DNA from: Candidatus Dormiibacterota bacterium | GTDB taxonomy: Bacteria > Chloroflexota > Dormibacteria > CF-121 | Assembly: GCA_036513655.1 (NCBI GenBank) | Contig: DATBYO010000124.1 | Span: forward strand, 1 to 60,937 | Direction: 5' to 3' | Length of the DNA stretch: 60,937 bases | Shown: positions 34,194 through 43,320 of the stretch, in pieces | Layout of the letters: the number at the start of each line of letters is the position of its first letter | Numbering within the stretch: position 1 is the first letter of the stretch | Notes under the pieces: model-generated | Told to the model about the DNA's origin: nothing | Databases searched by the model: none | Seen by the model: the letters and a program-made list of their open reading frames with translations, nothing else | Translations under genes and position numbers: made by a program

Positions 34194-35441
34194 GTGACAA
34201 CCACGGTTATCGCCGCGTCGTTCTCTATCGACCAGCCTGGCATCCAACTGCCCTTCGTCACCAACCGCTGGGCGGTCGGATTTTTCTTCCTGGTCCACAT
34301 CATCTTTGGCTCGTTCACCATGGGTGCCCTGGTGCTCGGGCCCACGTTCGAGTGGATCGGCCTTCGACGCGAGGACCCCCGGTACGAGCGCTACGCGCGG
34401 GCGCTCGGCAACGTCAACCTGAAGATCTTCAGCCTTGGCGCGACCCTCGGCGGGTTCGCGGTCATCGTGGTCACCGCACTCTACCCGAGGTTCTTCGTGA
34501 CGCTGATCACGCTCTTCTTCTGGCCGGCGGTGGTCGCCTTCAGCATCTGGTTCCTGACACTGGGCGGCATCCTCCTCTACAACCTGCGCTGGGACCGCTT
34601 CCGGCTGCGTAAGGGGATCCACATCGCGATCGGTTATGCCACGGCCGCCACCGAGCACATCTTTCTCTTCATCATCGTGGCCCTCGACAGCTATCTGCTG
34701 ACACCCGGGTCCGGCCAGGGTACGAGTGCCTTCTTCAACCCGTCGTACTGGCCGGAGCTCGGCCATCGGTTCGTCGGGAATCTGTCCTGGGCATCGTTCT
34801 TCATCGCCGCGGTGGCCGCGGTCTATGCGGCCGCCAGCCGGCTCCCCGCCAACCGCCTCTATTTCCATTGGGCGGCGCGGACCAGCCTGGTGGTGGGGTT
34901 TGTCACGCTGGTGGTACAGATCGTGCTCGGGGCGGTCTTCGTGGAAAGCATCAAGCAGGGGTCGCCCGGTGCGTTCCACTATTCACTCCAGGGTCCCTTC
35001 GCCTGGCTCTGGCTGGTGCAGGCGACGTTTATCGCCATCCTGCTGGTGGGCAGCAACCTCTACTTCTGGCAGTCCCGCCCAACCCCGCCGGCGCCGATCC
35101 TGACGGCCATCGTGGTCGTGGGGTCGCTGATCACGATGGCGCCGGCCGCGCTGTTCCCCAAAGGCCTGTTCTGGCTGCGCTACGTAGCGCTCGGCGTCGC
35201 GGTGCTGCTCAGCCTGCTGCACTGGCTGATCTCGCGACCGCGAACGCGGGCCATGACCCAGGACCTCCGGCGGAGTAGCCAGGTGACGCTCGCGGTGACG
35301 GGGGCGAGCGCCCTCCTGCTTTTCTTGCTGATGGGTGTGATCCGGACGACGGCGCGTAGCGACTACACGATTTACGGCGTCATGAAAGAGTCCGACAGCT
35401 ACGGGATCTTTCAGGGCCCATCGAACGGCTACTACCCATGA
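34194..35441 (+). CDS. Cytochrome bd superfamily CydA-like protein 1, lacking a Q-loop
   Basis: NRWAVGFFFLVHIIFGSF aligns with E. coli CydA helix 1 (H19) and LGHRFVGNL with the H186 region. Only about 20 residues separate helices 6 and 7. Confidence 0.65.
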   Translation: MTTTVIAASFSIDQPGIQLPFVTNRWAVGFFFLVHIIFGSFTMGALVLGPTFEWIGLRREDPRYERYARALGNVNLKIFSLGATLGGFAVIVVTALYPRFFVTLITLFFWPAVVAFSIWFLTLGGILLYNLRWDRFRLRKGIHIAIGYATAATEHIFLFIIVALDSYLLTPGSGQGTSAFFNPSYWPELGHRFVGNLSWASFFIAAVAAVYAAASRLPANRLYFHWAARTSLVVGFVTLVVQIVLGAVFVESIKQGSPGAFHYSLQGPFAWLWLVQATFIAILLVGSNLYFWQSRPTPPAPILTAIVVVGSLITMAPAALFPKGLFWLRYVALGVAVLLSLLHWLISRPRTRAMTQDLRRSSQVTLAVTGASALLLFLLMGVIRTTARSDYTIYGVMKESDSYGIFQGPSNGYYP

Positions 35442-35450
35442 GCGAGCAAT

Positions 35451-35490
35451 CTCCCTCCCCCGCATGCGGGGGAGGGCCAGGGTGGGGGCG
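35451..35490 (+). repeat. Dispersed C-rich/G-rich hairpin repeat copy
   Basis: tccctcccccgcatgcgggggagggccagggtgggggcgc, with a perfect 24-nt palindrome followed by a G-tract tail. Confidence 0.85.
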
Positions 35491-35495
35491 CGCTG

Positions 35496-35732
35496 ATGGG
35501 TGATCTCCAGACCTTCTTCTATCTGGCGTTGATCAGCGCGATCATGGTGGGACTCACGCTCCTATTCGTGCTCATCGTGCTGCGGGGATTGCGCCGGTGG
35601 TACCGGCAGGCCCACGGCCAGACGCCGCTCACCTTCTGGCTGACCGGCGGCGCGGTTACGGTTGCCCTGCTCTTCATCCTTGTCGGCACCGCGGGCGTGC
35701 TCTACGGCTTTCTCCGCTATGGCACATCGTGA
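35496..35732 (+). CDS. 78-aa two-helix membrane protein
   Basis: Two clear hydrophobic helices. It overlaps the Rieske start by 14 nt and sits inside the respiratory cluster. Confidence 0.5.
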   Translation: MGDLQTFFYLALISAIMVGLTLLFVLIVLRGLRRWYRQAHGQTPLTFWLTGGAVTVALLFILVGTAGVLYGFLRYGTS

Positions 35733-36210
35733 CCCGCGGCGGCTGAGCCGCCGGCAGTTCGCCGTCCTCGGTACCCAGTTGGCCGGCGCCGTCGTGGCAG
35801 TGCTGCTGGGGATTCCGATCGTCGGCTTCTTGATCTCGCCGCTATTCCGGCGCGAGCAGGTGGTCTGGCGGGAAGTGGGCGACATCGCCCGCGTCCCCGA
35901 TGCGGAGCCGACCAAGTTCGACGTCTCCTTCCCGCAACAGGCCTGGACGCAGGTGGATATCAAGGCCGCCGTCTACGTGGTGAAACGTAACGGCAACACC
36001 AGGGTCTTCTCCAATGTCTGCAGCCACATGCAATGTCCGGTTCGGTGGGAAACCACCCTCGGCCAGTTTCTTTGTCCCTGCCACGGCGGCCTCTATGACA
36101 TGGACGGCACGAACGTCGGCGGGCCGCCGCCGAAGCCCCTGCCCCAGTTCGTGCACCGGATCGACGGTACAACCCTTTTCGTCCAGAACCGCTTCACCGA
36201 GGAGATCTAG
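35719..36210 (+). CDS. Rieske 2Fe-2S protein with Tat signal
   Basis: ORF 35662-36210 trimmed to ATG 35719; RRLSRRQF twin-arginine motif, TM helix, CSHMQC and CPCHGG boxes. Confidence 0.85.
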   Translation: MAHRDPRRLSRRQFAVLGTQLAGAVVAVLLGIPIVGFLISPLFRREQVVWREVGDIARVPDAEPTKFDVSFPQQAWTQVDIKAAVYVVKRNGNTRVFSNVCSHMQCPVRWETTLGQFLCPCHGGLYDMDGTNVGGPPPKPLPQFVHRIDGTTLFVQNRFTEEI

Positions 36211-37376
36211 TGGTCCGCCGGCTCGGAGCAGCCTACAACTGGTTCGACGAGCGAACGGCGATCCGCAGCTTGCTGCGGAAGGGCCTGTACGAAGCGGTGC
36301 CAGTTCGCGGGGCCTGGTTCTACACCCTGGGCAGCGCCACGCTCGTCTTGATCCTCCTCCAGCTGATCACCGGCATCTTCCTCACGCTGCTGTACGTCCC
36401 GTCGGTCACGGAGGCCTGGGCGAGCTTGAACTACCTGAAAGCGCACGATGCCTTCGGCTCGATCGTCCGCGGGATTCATCTGTGGTCCGCCTACATCCTG
36501 TTGTTCGTGATCGGCCTCCACATGGTGCGGACCTTCTTTTCCGGCTCCTATAAGCGCCCGCGGGAACTCAACTGGGTGACCGGCGTCGGGCTCTTTCTCC
36601 TCGTCCTGGTGATGGCGATCACCGGCGCCTTTCTTCCGTGGGACCAGGCGGCGTATTGGACTGCCGTGGTCGTCACGAATGTCCCCTCCTACACCCCCGT
36701 GATCGGACCATTCCTGCGGGCACTCTGGCGCGGTGGAGATTTCGTCGGTCCGATCACGCTCAGCCGCAGCTTCGGCATCCATGTCTGGCTGATCCCGGCC
36801 ATCCTCTTCCCGCTGATCGGCGCGCACCTCGCGCTGCTGCGTAAACATGGCGAATTCGGCTCGTACATCAATTACCGGGGGGCCTACCGAAGCCGCGAGG
36901 GGGTGGACGTGCCGCCGGCGCCGGTGCAGCGTCCGATCGAGCCGCCCTATCCGGCCGTGCCTACCGATGAGCTCTGGGCCGCTCCCCTCGAGACCGAGGA
37001 TTTCTACCCGCATCAGACGTTCAAGGACGGTGTCATTTCGGCGGCGCTGGTCGTTCTCGTCTTCATCCTGGCGGTCGCCATCGGCGCCCCCCTCGAGGCG
37101 ATCGCCGATCCGTCCACGACGAGCTACACGCCCGTGCCCGAATGGTTCTTCCTGCCGCTCGATGAACTGCTCGTGCTGGTCCCGCAACAACTGATCCCGC
37201 TGGTCCTCGTGCTCCCCGCGGGAGGGGTTCTCCTGCTGCTCGCGCTGCCCTTCATCGATCGCGGCCCGGAGCGCAACCCGTTCGAACGTCCGGCGGTGAT
37301 GGTGCCGGGAGCGTTCGCCGTGCTCTTCGTCGTCATCCTGACCTTGCTCGGCTCGGGGCGGCTCTTCAACCTATGA
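36210..37376 (+). CDS. Cytochrome b (fused b6 / subunit IV type)
   Basis: His pairs GIHLW..GLHMV and GIHVW..GAHLA, a PEWFFLP (PEWY-type) Qo motif; TAGTG junction with the Rieske gene. Confidence 0.85.
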   Translation: MVRRLGAAYNWFDERTAIRSLLRKGLYEAVPVRGAWFYTLGSATLVLILLQLITGIFLTLLYVPSVTEAWASLNYLKAHDAFGSIVRGIHLWSAYILLFVIGLHMVRTFFSGSYKRPRELNWVTGVGLFLLVLVMAITGAFLPWDQAAYWTAVVVTNVPSYTPVIGPFLRALWRGGDFVGPITLSRSFGIHVWLIPAILFPLIGAHLALLRKHGEFGSYINYRGAYRSREGVDVPPAPVQRPIEPPYPAVPTDELWAAPLETEDFYPHQTFKDGVISAALVVLVFILAVAIGAPLEAIADPSTTSYTPVPEWFFLPLDELLVLVPQQLIPLVLVLPAGGVLLLLALPFIDRGPERNPFERPAVMVPGAFAVLFVVILTLLGSGRLFNL

Positions 37377-38749
37377 GCGCGCTGCTCGCGATCATCGGGC
37401 CGGCGCTTCACGTGCTCGCCACCCAACTGCCCCCACAGGCCCCGCAAGGTCGCAATATCGTCGGCGCCCAGGTCGCGATCGGCAGTCTGTTCTCGCTCCA
37501 CATCCTGATCGCGGGACTGGTGAGCGGGGCCGGCGAGCTCGGGCCGGCGATCGAGTTCCTCGGCTACATGCGGCAGCGTCGCACCTACGATCGGCTGGCC
37601 CACGGGTTGGGTCGCTTCATCACGCTCTATTTCAGCGTCAGCTCGACGATCGCGATCCTGCTGATCACCGTGCTGCTCGTCGGTTTTTGGGGCCATTTCT
37701 GGACGACCATCGTGACGATCGGCTTCTGGCCACTCTTGATCGAGGCCTGGACCTTCGTTCTCCAGGTGTCGCTTGCCTATCTCTGGTACTACACCTGGGA
37801 GCCGCTTCGATCGTTCAAGGGGGTGCACATGGCGATCGGCGGCCTGCTGGCGATCGCCTCCTTCCTCCAGGTCTACATGATCGACGTGATCGCCAGCTAC
37901 ATGCTGACCCCGACCAACCCACAGAACCCGATTCGCCTGGCCCTCAATCCGACGTCGTACCCGTTGACGGTCCATCGAACGATCGGCAACCTCGCCTACA
38001 TCGGGTTTGCCTTCGGGGGGTTCTGCGCCATTCGGTATCTGCGGGCAAAGACCGCCGAGGACAAGCGCTTCTACGACTGGGCGGGCAGTTTCGGGTTGCT
38101 GTGGGGCGTCTCGATGACGCTGCTCCAGCCGGTGGTTGGCTACTCCTATGCCAAGGAGATCCAGCTCCATGCGTATGGCAGTTGGTACAAGATGATGTTC
38201 GGGACCCTGAGCCCGGTGTTCCTCTGGCAGATCACGCTGCTCGGCATCATGTTCCTCACCGCCACCATTTATTTCGCCCGTCGATTGCGGACCGACGGGG
38301 CACGCGGAGCGGGATTGCTCAGAGCCATGTCGGTCGGGATGGTGCTGACCACGCTGCTGGCCGCCCAGCCCTACCACCTCGGCCTCACCTACGACGCGGT
38401 GGCGGCTGCCGGACTCAACCGGCCGTTCTGGGAGGGTGGCCTGATCAACCCGCTGGGATCGATGATTCCGTGGAAAGTGCTGGCGCTGATGTTCTACACG
38501 CTGATCGCGATCGCGGCGGTCGTCTGGTACCTGCGCGGGTTGCCGGGCGTCGTCTGGGGCACCGCCCGCCGCGGCGAGCAGCGGATCCTGGTGCTGATGG
38601 CGGTCTTGACGATGGCGATGATCGTCACCATGGGATTCATCCGGGAGAACGGTCGAGGACCCTTCCTGATCTCCGGGGAGATGACCATCCAGGGCCAGCA
38701 AAATGTCCAGACGGCCCAGCCGACGCCGGCGCCGCAGTCCAGCCCTTAG
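37373..38749 (+). CDS. Cytochrome bd superfamily CydA-like protein 2, lacking a Q-loop
   Basis: SLHILIAG (H19-like), LIEAWTFVLQ (E99-like), TVHRTIGNL (H186-like), a short helix 6-7 connection; ATGA overlap with cytochrome b. Confidence 0.65.
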   Translation: MSALLAIIGPALHVLATQLPPQAPQGRNIVGAQVAIGSLFSLHILIAGLVSGAGELGPAIEFLGYMRQRRTYDRLAHGLGRFITLYFSVSSTIAILLITVLLVGFWGHFWTTIVTIGFWPLLIEAWTFVLQVSLAYLWYYTWEPLRSFKGVHMAIGGLLAIASFLQVYMIDVIASYMLTPTNPQNPIRLALNPTSYPLTVHRTIGNLAYIGFAFGGFCAIRYLRAKTAEDKRFYDWAGSFGLLWGVSMTLLQPVVGYSYAKEIQLHAYGSWYKMMFGTLSPVFLWQITLLGIMFLTATIYFARRLRTDGARGAGLLRAMSVGMVLTTLLAAQPYHLGLTYDAVAAAGLNRPFWEGGLINPLGSMIPWKVLALMFYTLIAIAAVVWYLRGLPGVVWGTARRGEQRILVLMAVLTMAMIVTMGFIRENGRGPFLISGEMTIQGQQNVQTAQPTPAPQSSP

Positions 38750-38759
38750 GGGCGCCGTT

Positions 38760-38794
38760 CCCTCCCCTTCTGGGGGAGGGCAGGGTGGAGGCCC
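38760..38794 (+). repeat. Dispersed C-rich/G-rich hairpin repeat copy between convergent genes
   Basis: ccctccccttctgggggagggcagggtggaggccc. Confidence 0.8.
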
Positions 38795-39970
38795 CTACAT
38801 GGCGCAGGGCCCGACGGGCACCGGCTGCGTGCGCCCCTCGGCCTGGTCGATGTCGGTTTGGACCTCGGCATCGGTCAGGGCATAGGCCTGGCCCGGCTGG
38901 CTGGTCGACGCGGCGAAGATGACGCCCACGACGTGGCCGTCCAGGTCGACCAGCGGTCCACCCGAGTTGCCGGGCTGGACCTTCGCTTGCAGGGTCCAAA
39001 TGCTTCGCACCACGAGCTTTTGTCCGTAGATGTCGCGACCCTCCGCCTGATACTCGCCATTGACGACCGCGGGCGCGACATCCTCACCACCACCACCCGG
39101 GTAGCCGATCGCCGCCCCCTGGGTCCCGGCATGCGCGATTGCCTGGGGGATCGGTGCCAGTTGCAGCGACTTTACGTAGAGGATGGCGACGTCGCGGTCC
39201 GGGTCGAAGAGAACAATTTGGGCACTCAAGGCGCGCCCGGCAGGAGTACGCACCAACGTCCCCTGGGTGCCCGCCACCACGTGCGCGTTCGTCAGCACCA
39301 GGCCCGGTCCCACAGGGAAACCGCTGCCGAAGACAATGCCGCCGCAGCCGTAACCCTGGATCTTCAGGGTCTCGTCGGCGGCGGCCCGAACGCCGGGCGT
39401 GTTGGCGTTGGACGGCAGCGGCAAGGCCGAAGGCGCCGGCTCTAGTCCCGAAAACGCGGCGGGGAAGTTGACCCCGGCGATGATGGTCTCCACCCTCGCC
39501 AGGAAGGCCGGCGGCCGCGGAGCGATGGCGTCCAACGTTCGCAGCACCGCAGACCGCTGGATCGCACTGGACAGCTGCGGACTCGGAACCCGATAGAGGC
39601 TCAGCCCCAGGAACCAGGACACCGAGAGCACCGCGAGAGCGGAGAAGATGGCGCCGGCAAAGCTGTCGACCCGGCCGCTCTCCGGCCGCGCCAGCAGTCG
39701 CAAACGGATCGGCTCGCCAACCCAGTAGCCGAGGCTGCTGCCGATCGCGCCAAGGACGATCAGGACCAGGACGGCCCCCAGGGAACGCACGGTCGAATCG
39801 ACGATCTTGAGCGCATCCATTAGGACCGGCGCCACGGCGGCGCCCACGATGACGCCAAGAACGAGGCCGGCATATTGCGCCAGGGAGAGCCAGAACCCGC
39901 GGCGATATCCGCTGCCGACCGCAAAGATGATCGCGACCAGGATGATGAGGTCGATGAAGGTGAAGCGCAT
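38795..39970 (-). CDS. CvpA-like membrane domain fused to a trypsin-like serine protease (MarP-like)
   Basis: ORF 38795-40099 trimmed to ATG 39970 (MRFTFIDLIILVAI). Four N-terminal helices, then the triad motifs TNAHVV, DRDVAIL and GNSGGPL. Confidence 0.75.
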   Translation of the reverse strand: MRFTFIDLIILVAIIFAVGSGYRRGFWLSLAQYAGLVLGVIVGAAVAPVLMDALKIVDSTVRSLGAVLVLIVLGAIGSSLGYWVGEPIRLRLLARPESGRVDSFAGAIFSALAVLSVSWFLGLSLYRVPSPQLSSAIQRSAVLRTLDAIAPRPPAFLARVETIIAGVNFPAAFSGLEPAPSALPLPSNANTPGVRAAADETLKIQGYGCGGIVFGSGFPVGPGLVLTNAHVVAGTQGTLVRTPAGRALSAQIVLFDPDRDVAILYVKSLQLAPIPQAIAHAGTQGAAIGYPGGGGEDVAPAVVNGEYQAEGRDIYGQKLVVRSIWTLQAKVQPGNSGGPLVDLDGHVVGVIFAASTSQPGQAYALTDAEVQTDIDQAEGRTQPVPVGPCAM

Positions 39971-40236
39971 CAGGCGTGGACTCGAAGGTCGCTGCGCGGC
40001 TTCCCGACACAAATCAGGGCGTAGCCTTCGGCCAGTTCCTCGTTGCTGATCAACCACGCCTCGGTTTGGTCGATGATGCCGTCGACCCTGACCATGCACG
40101 TTTTGCAGCGGCCTTTTCGGCAGTCGAAGGCGAGCGGCAGGCCGGCCCGCAGCCCGGCTCCGAGAATGCCTTCATCCTCGGCCACCTCGACTGTCGTTCC
40201 GCTTCTGACGAAGGTGACATGGAAGGACCGCGCCAT
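39970..40236 (-). CDS. Plant-type 2Fe-2S ferredoxin-like protein
   Basis: ATG 40236 (MARSFHVTFV), CRKGRCKTC plus ALICVG Cys pattern; ATGA overlaps on both sides. Confidence 0.7.
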   Translation of the reverse strand: MARSFHVTFVRSGTTVEVAEDEGILGAGLRAGLPLAFDCRKGRCKTCMVRVDGIIDQTEAWLISNEELAEGYALICVGKPRSDLRVHA

Positions 40237-40433
40237 CAGCGGCTCTTGATCGCCGTAATGACGCGAAAGAGATATTCGCCGGCGGCCAGCACCACGATGA
40301 TCATGCCCATGGCAACGAGACGGGGCCGCAGCCAACTCCGGTAGAAGCTGCCGCGCCATGCGGGGCCGATCAACAATGCGATCACGATGGCAGCCGCGGC
40401 GATCACGAGGACGATACGGAACGCCGTCGACAC
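40236..40433 (-). CDS. 65-aa two-helix membrane protein
   Basis: Hydrophobic helices IVLVIAAAAIVIALLI and LVAMGMIIVVLAA; first gene of the ferredoxin/protease operon. Confidence 0.45.
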   Translation of the reverse strand: MSTAFRIVLVIAAAAIVIALLIGPAWRGSFYRSWLRPRLVAMGMIIVVLAAGEYLFRVITAIKSR

Positions 40434-40456
40434 CGGGCTAGTCTATCGAGCGCGCG

Positions 40457-41578
40457 CTACTCGAGGCCGATGACGTGCTTGAACTTATCGAAGAAGCCCT
40501 TTTCGATGTGTTGGGGCTTGCCGCTGACGCCGCCGAGCGTGCGCAGGGCTTCCTTTTGTTCCTCGCTCAGGCTGGTGGGAATCACGACCCGCACATAGAC
40601 GATCTGATCTCCGCGACGACCCGAGCGCACATGGGGGACGCCGCGGCCGTGGATCCGGATCATCTTCCCGTATTGGGTGCCGGCCGGAATCTCGACTCGC
40701 TCCGGCCCGTCGACCGTCGGGATCTCGACGGTGTCACCAAGGGCGGCCTGGGCGATGCTCAATGGCAGCTCGTAGACGACGTCCGTGCCGTTCCGTTTCA
40801 GCACCGCATGCGGCTTGACGTGGATGACGATGTAGAGGTCACCCGCGGCGCCACCCCGAGGCCCTACCTCGCCTTCACCGGCGAGCCGGATCTGTGATCC
40901 GCCATCGACGCCGGCGGGAATCGTCACCCGCACCTTTTTTTCTCCGGGCCGGTGGCCGCTGCCGCCGCAGGTCCGGCAGGGTCGCTCGATGACCTTGCCC
41001 TCCCCGTTGCATCGAGGGCAGCTGGCGACGTTGACGATCTGCCCGAAGATCGACTGGGTGGCCCGCCGCACCTGGCCGGCGCCGCGGCACTGCGGACAGG
41101 TCTGCGGTGAGGTGCCGGCTTCCGCGCCGCTTCCCTTACAGGCCGCGCAGGGCTCGGCCCGGGGGATGGTCAGCTCGCGCTCGACGCCGAAGACGGCCTC
41201 TTCGAACGTGAGCCGCAGGTCGAGTCTGAGGTCAGTCCCGCGCCGTGGGCCGGTGCGGCCCCGTCCGGCGGCCGCCGCGCCGAAGAACATGTCGAAGATG
41301 TCATTGATGCCGCCGAACCCTGCGCCGCCGAAATCGAATCCCGGCGTGCCCTGCGTGCCGGCATGGCCAAAGGTGTCATAGCGCTGCCGTTTCGATTGGT
41401 CGCTCAGGACCTCGTAGGCCTCGTTGACTTCCTTGAAGCGGGCCTCGGCTTGCGGATCGTTTGGGTTACGGTCGGGGTGAAACTGGAGCGCCAGCTTCCG
41501 ATAGGCGCGCTTCAATTCTTCGGCGCTGGCATTCCGTCCGACACCGAGGACCTCGTAGTAATCCCGCTTGATCGCCAT
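40457..41578 (-). CDS. dnaJ: Chaperone DnaJ (type I)
   Basis: J-domain HPDRNP, a G/F region, and four CxxCxGxG repeats. Confidence 0.95.
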   Translation of the reverse strand: MAIKRDYYEVLGVGRNASAEELKRAYRKLALQFHPDRNPNDPQAEARFKEVNEAYEVLSDQSKRQRYDTFGHAGTQGTPGFDFGGAGFGGINDIFDMFFGAAAAGRGRTGPRRGTDLRLDLRLTFEEAVFGVERELTIPRAEPCAACKGSGAEAGTSPQTCPQCRGAGQVRRATQSIFGQIVNVASCPRCNGEGKVIERPCRTCGGSGHRPGEKKVRVTIPAGVDGGSQIRLAGEGEVGPRGGAAGDLYIVIHVKPHAVLKRNGTDVVYELPLSIAQAALGDTVEIPTVDGPERVEIPAGTQYGKMIRIHGRGVPHVRSGRRGDQIVYVRVVIPTSLSEEQKEALRTLGGVSGKPQHIEKGFFDKFKHVIGLE

Positions 41579-41587
41579 ACGGTGGTG

Positions 41588-42199
41588 CTAGGACTTTAAC
41601 GCGCGCGGGTGCGCAACCTTGACCAGGGTCGGGCGGAGCACCCGCTCGTGAAGCCGGTAGCCAGGCTGCATCTCCTCAACGATCGTGCCCTCTTCGTGCT
41701 CGTCGGTCTCCTCCTGCGCAATGGCCTCGTGCTGCGAAGGGTCGAACTTCTCACCGACCGACGGGATGGTCGAAAGGCCCTGGGCCCGGAGGGTGTCCTC
41801 GAATTGGCGCGCGACCATCTTGACGCCGTTGTACCAGTTGGGATCCACCCCTTCGGGGGCATGGTCCAGCGCGCGGCGGAGATTGTCGAGGATGGGAAGC
41901 AGCTTGCGCAGCAACTCCTCGTTGGCGTACTGGGTCCGGTCGCCGAGTTCCTGCCGAGTGCGGCGCTTGTAGTTGTCGAAGTCGGCCGCGAGCCGCTGGT
42001 AACGGGCGAAGGTGGCCTGTGCCTCGTCGCGCGCCGCCTGAAGGTCAGGATCGACCGGCAGTTGATCCTGGCGCGGCTGCTCCGCATCTACCGCTGAGCT
42101 GGCCCTGGCGTCGACGACACCGGGGCGGCCCTTCTGACCGCCCGTCTCGGGCTGGTCGGGGGATTGATGCTTTGGTGGCATGTCTTGCTTTTTACCCAT
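41588..42199 (-). CDS. grpE: Nucleotide exchange factor GrpE
   Basis: RLAADFDNYKRR and a C-terminal beta domain (FDPSQHEAI..GYRLHERVLRP). Confidence 0.9.
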   Translation of the reverse strand: MGKKQDMPPKHQSPDQPETGGQKGRPGVVDARASSAVDAEQPRQDQLPVDPDLQAARDEAQATFARYQRLAADFDNYKRRTRQELGDRTQYANEELLRKLLPILDNLRRALDHAPEGVDPNWYNGVKMVARQFEDTLRAQGLSTIPSVGEKFDPSQHEAIAQEETDEHEEGTIVEEMQPGYRLHERVLRPTLVKVAHPRALKS

Positions 42200-42215
42200 T
42201 GAGAATGGCCTCGAA

Positions 42216-43256
42216 TCAGTTGCCGAGGTGGGCCAGGACCTCGGACGTTGCGTGGCTGACCAGCCGCACCCGGGCGACCACCTGGCCGTAATGCATGCGG
42301 GTCGGCCCGATCACCCCGATCGTGCCTCGCACCCGATCAGCCATCTTGTACGTGGTCAGCACCAGGCTGCATTCCCGCAGGCCACTGCTCGTGTTCTCTC
42401 GCCCGATGATGATCTCGACATCCTTCTCGAACGCCACCTGCTGCAGAATGCCGGCCAGCTGGGCGCCCTGCTCGAGCAATTCCATCAGCTCCTCCAACCG
42501 GCTGACCTCGACGAACTCGGGGTGACGGAGCAGATTGCGCACCCCGTCATGCAGGACCACCGTCTGCCTCTGCGCCTGATGCGTGGTGATCGAGTCGATC
42601 AGCCGCTCGATGATGCGGCGCTGTTCAGCTTTTTCGGGACCCAGCTCGTCTAAGCGGACCGCGAGCTCCTCGGCGGTCTGCCCCTTGACCTTCTGATTCA
42701 GCATGGCCGCCATTCGGCTGAGGTCGTCCTGGGTGGTCGCCCGCTCGAGATGCACGACCTGCTGCTTGATCAGGTTGCCTTCGAGCACGAGGATGATCAG
42801 GACCGACTGGGGCTCGAGCGAGACCAGGTCGATGTGCTTGATGCGGGACTCGCTGACCTCCGGCGCGGTGACCAGGGAGACGTTCTCGGTCACCTGCGAC
42901 AGCACCATTGCCGCCTTCTCTAGGATCCCGTCGACACTGCGTGGCGCCGTTTCGAACTCCTGTTTCACGGTCCGCCGAGCCGTCGCTGAGGCCGCCTCCG
43001 GCTCCATCAGAAAGTCCACGAAGTAGCGGTAACCCCGGTCGGTGGGAATGCGGCCGGCGGAGGTGTGCGGCTGGTGCAGGTAGCCGGTCCCCACCAGGTC
43101 GGCCAGCTCGTTGCGGATCGTCGCCGAGGAGAGCGCGATGAAGTACTTGGCCGCCAGCACCTGAGATCCGACCGGCACCCCCGTCACGGTGTAGTCCGAG
43201 ACGACGGCTTTCAGGATCTGCTGCTTACGCTCGTCGAGCGGGGTGGGTTCCAGCAT
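42216..43256 (-). CDS. hrcA: Heat-inducible transcription repressor HrcA
   Basis: LDERKQQILKAVVSDYTVTGVPVGSQ winged-helix N-terminus; 346 aa; CIRCE immediately upstream. Confidence 0.9.
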   Translation of the reverse strand: MLEPTPLDERKQQILKAVVSDYTVTGVPVGSQVLAAKYFIALSSATIRNELADLVGTGYLHQPHTSAGRIPTDRGYRYFVDFLMEPEAASATARRTVKQEFETAPRSVDGILEKAAMVLSQVTENVSLVTAPEVSESRIKHIDLVSLEPQSVLIILVLEGNLIKQQVVHLERATTQDDLSRMAAMLNQKVKGQTAEELAVRLDELGPEKAEQRRIIERLIDSITTHQAQRQTVVLHDGVRNLLRHPEFVEVSRLEELMELLEQGAQLAGILQQVAFEKDVEIIIGRENTSSGLRECSLVLTTYKMADRVRGTIGVIGPTRMHYGQVVARVRLVSHATSEVLAHLGN

Positions 43257-43258
43257 GG

Positions 43259-43285
43259 TTGGCAGTCTCGATCACCGAGTGCTAA
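43259..43285 (-). promoter_or_regulatory. CIRCE operator (HrcA binding site)
   Basis: Minus strand reads TTAGCACTC-N9-GACTGCCAA against the consensus TTAGCACTC-N9-GAGTGCTAA: one arm perfect, the other 7/9. It ends 2 nt before the hrcA ATG. Confidence 0.7.
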
Positions 43286-43290
43286 ATCGG

Positions 43291-43320
43291 ATTGTACCGG
43301 CTATTCTCGCTCCATGCCCA
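43291..43320 (-). promoter_or_regulatory. Possible hrcA promoter (TGGGCA-N18-TACAAT)
   Basis: Minus-strand TACAAT at 43296-43291, 5 nt upstream of CIRCE; the -35 match is weak. Confidence 0.3.

Noticed and set aside
37124-38701. 525-aa minus-strand ORF
   Set aside because: It is antisense to CydA-like 2. The product is highly charged (Arg/Asp/Glu/Gly/His/Pro-rich), whereas the sense frame gives regular TM helices.
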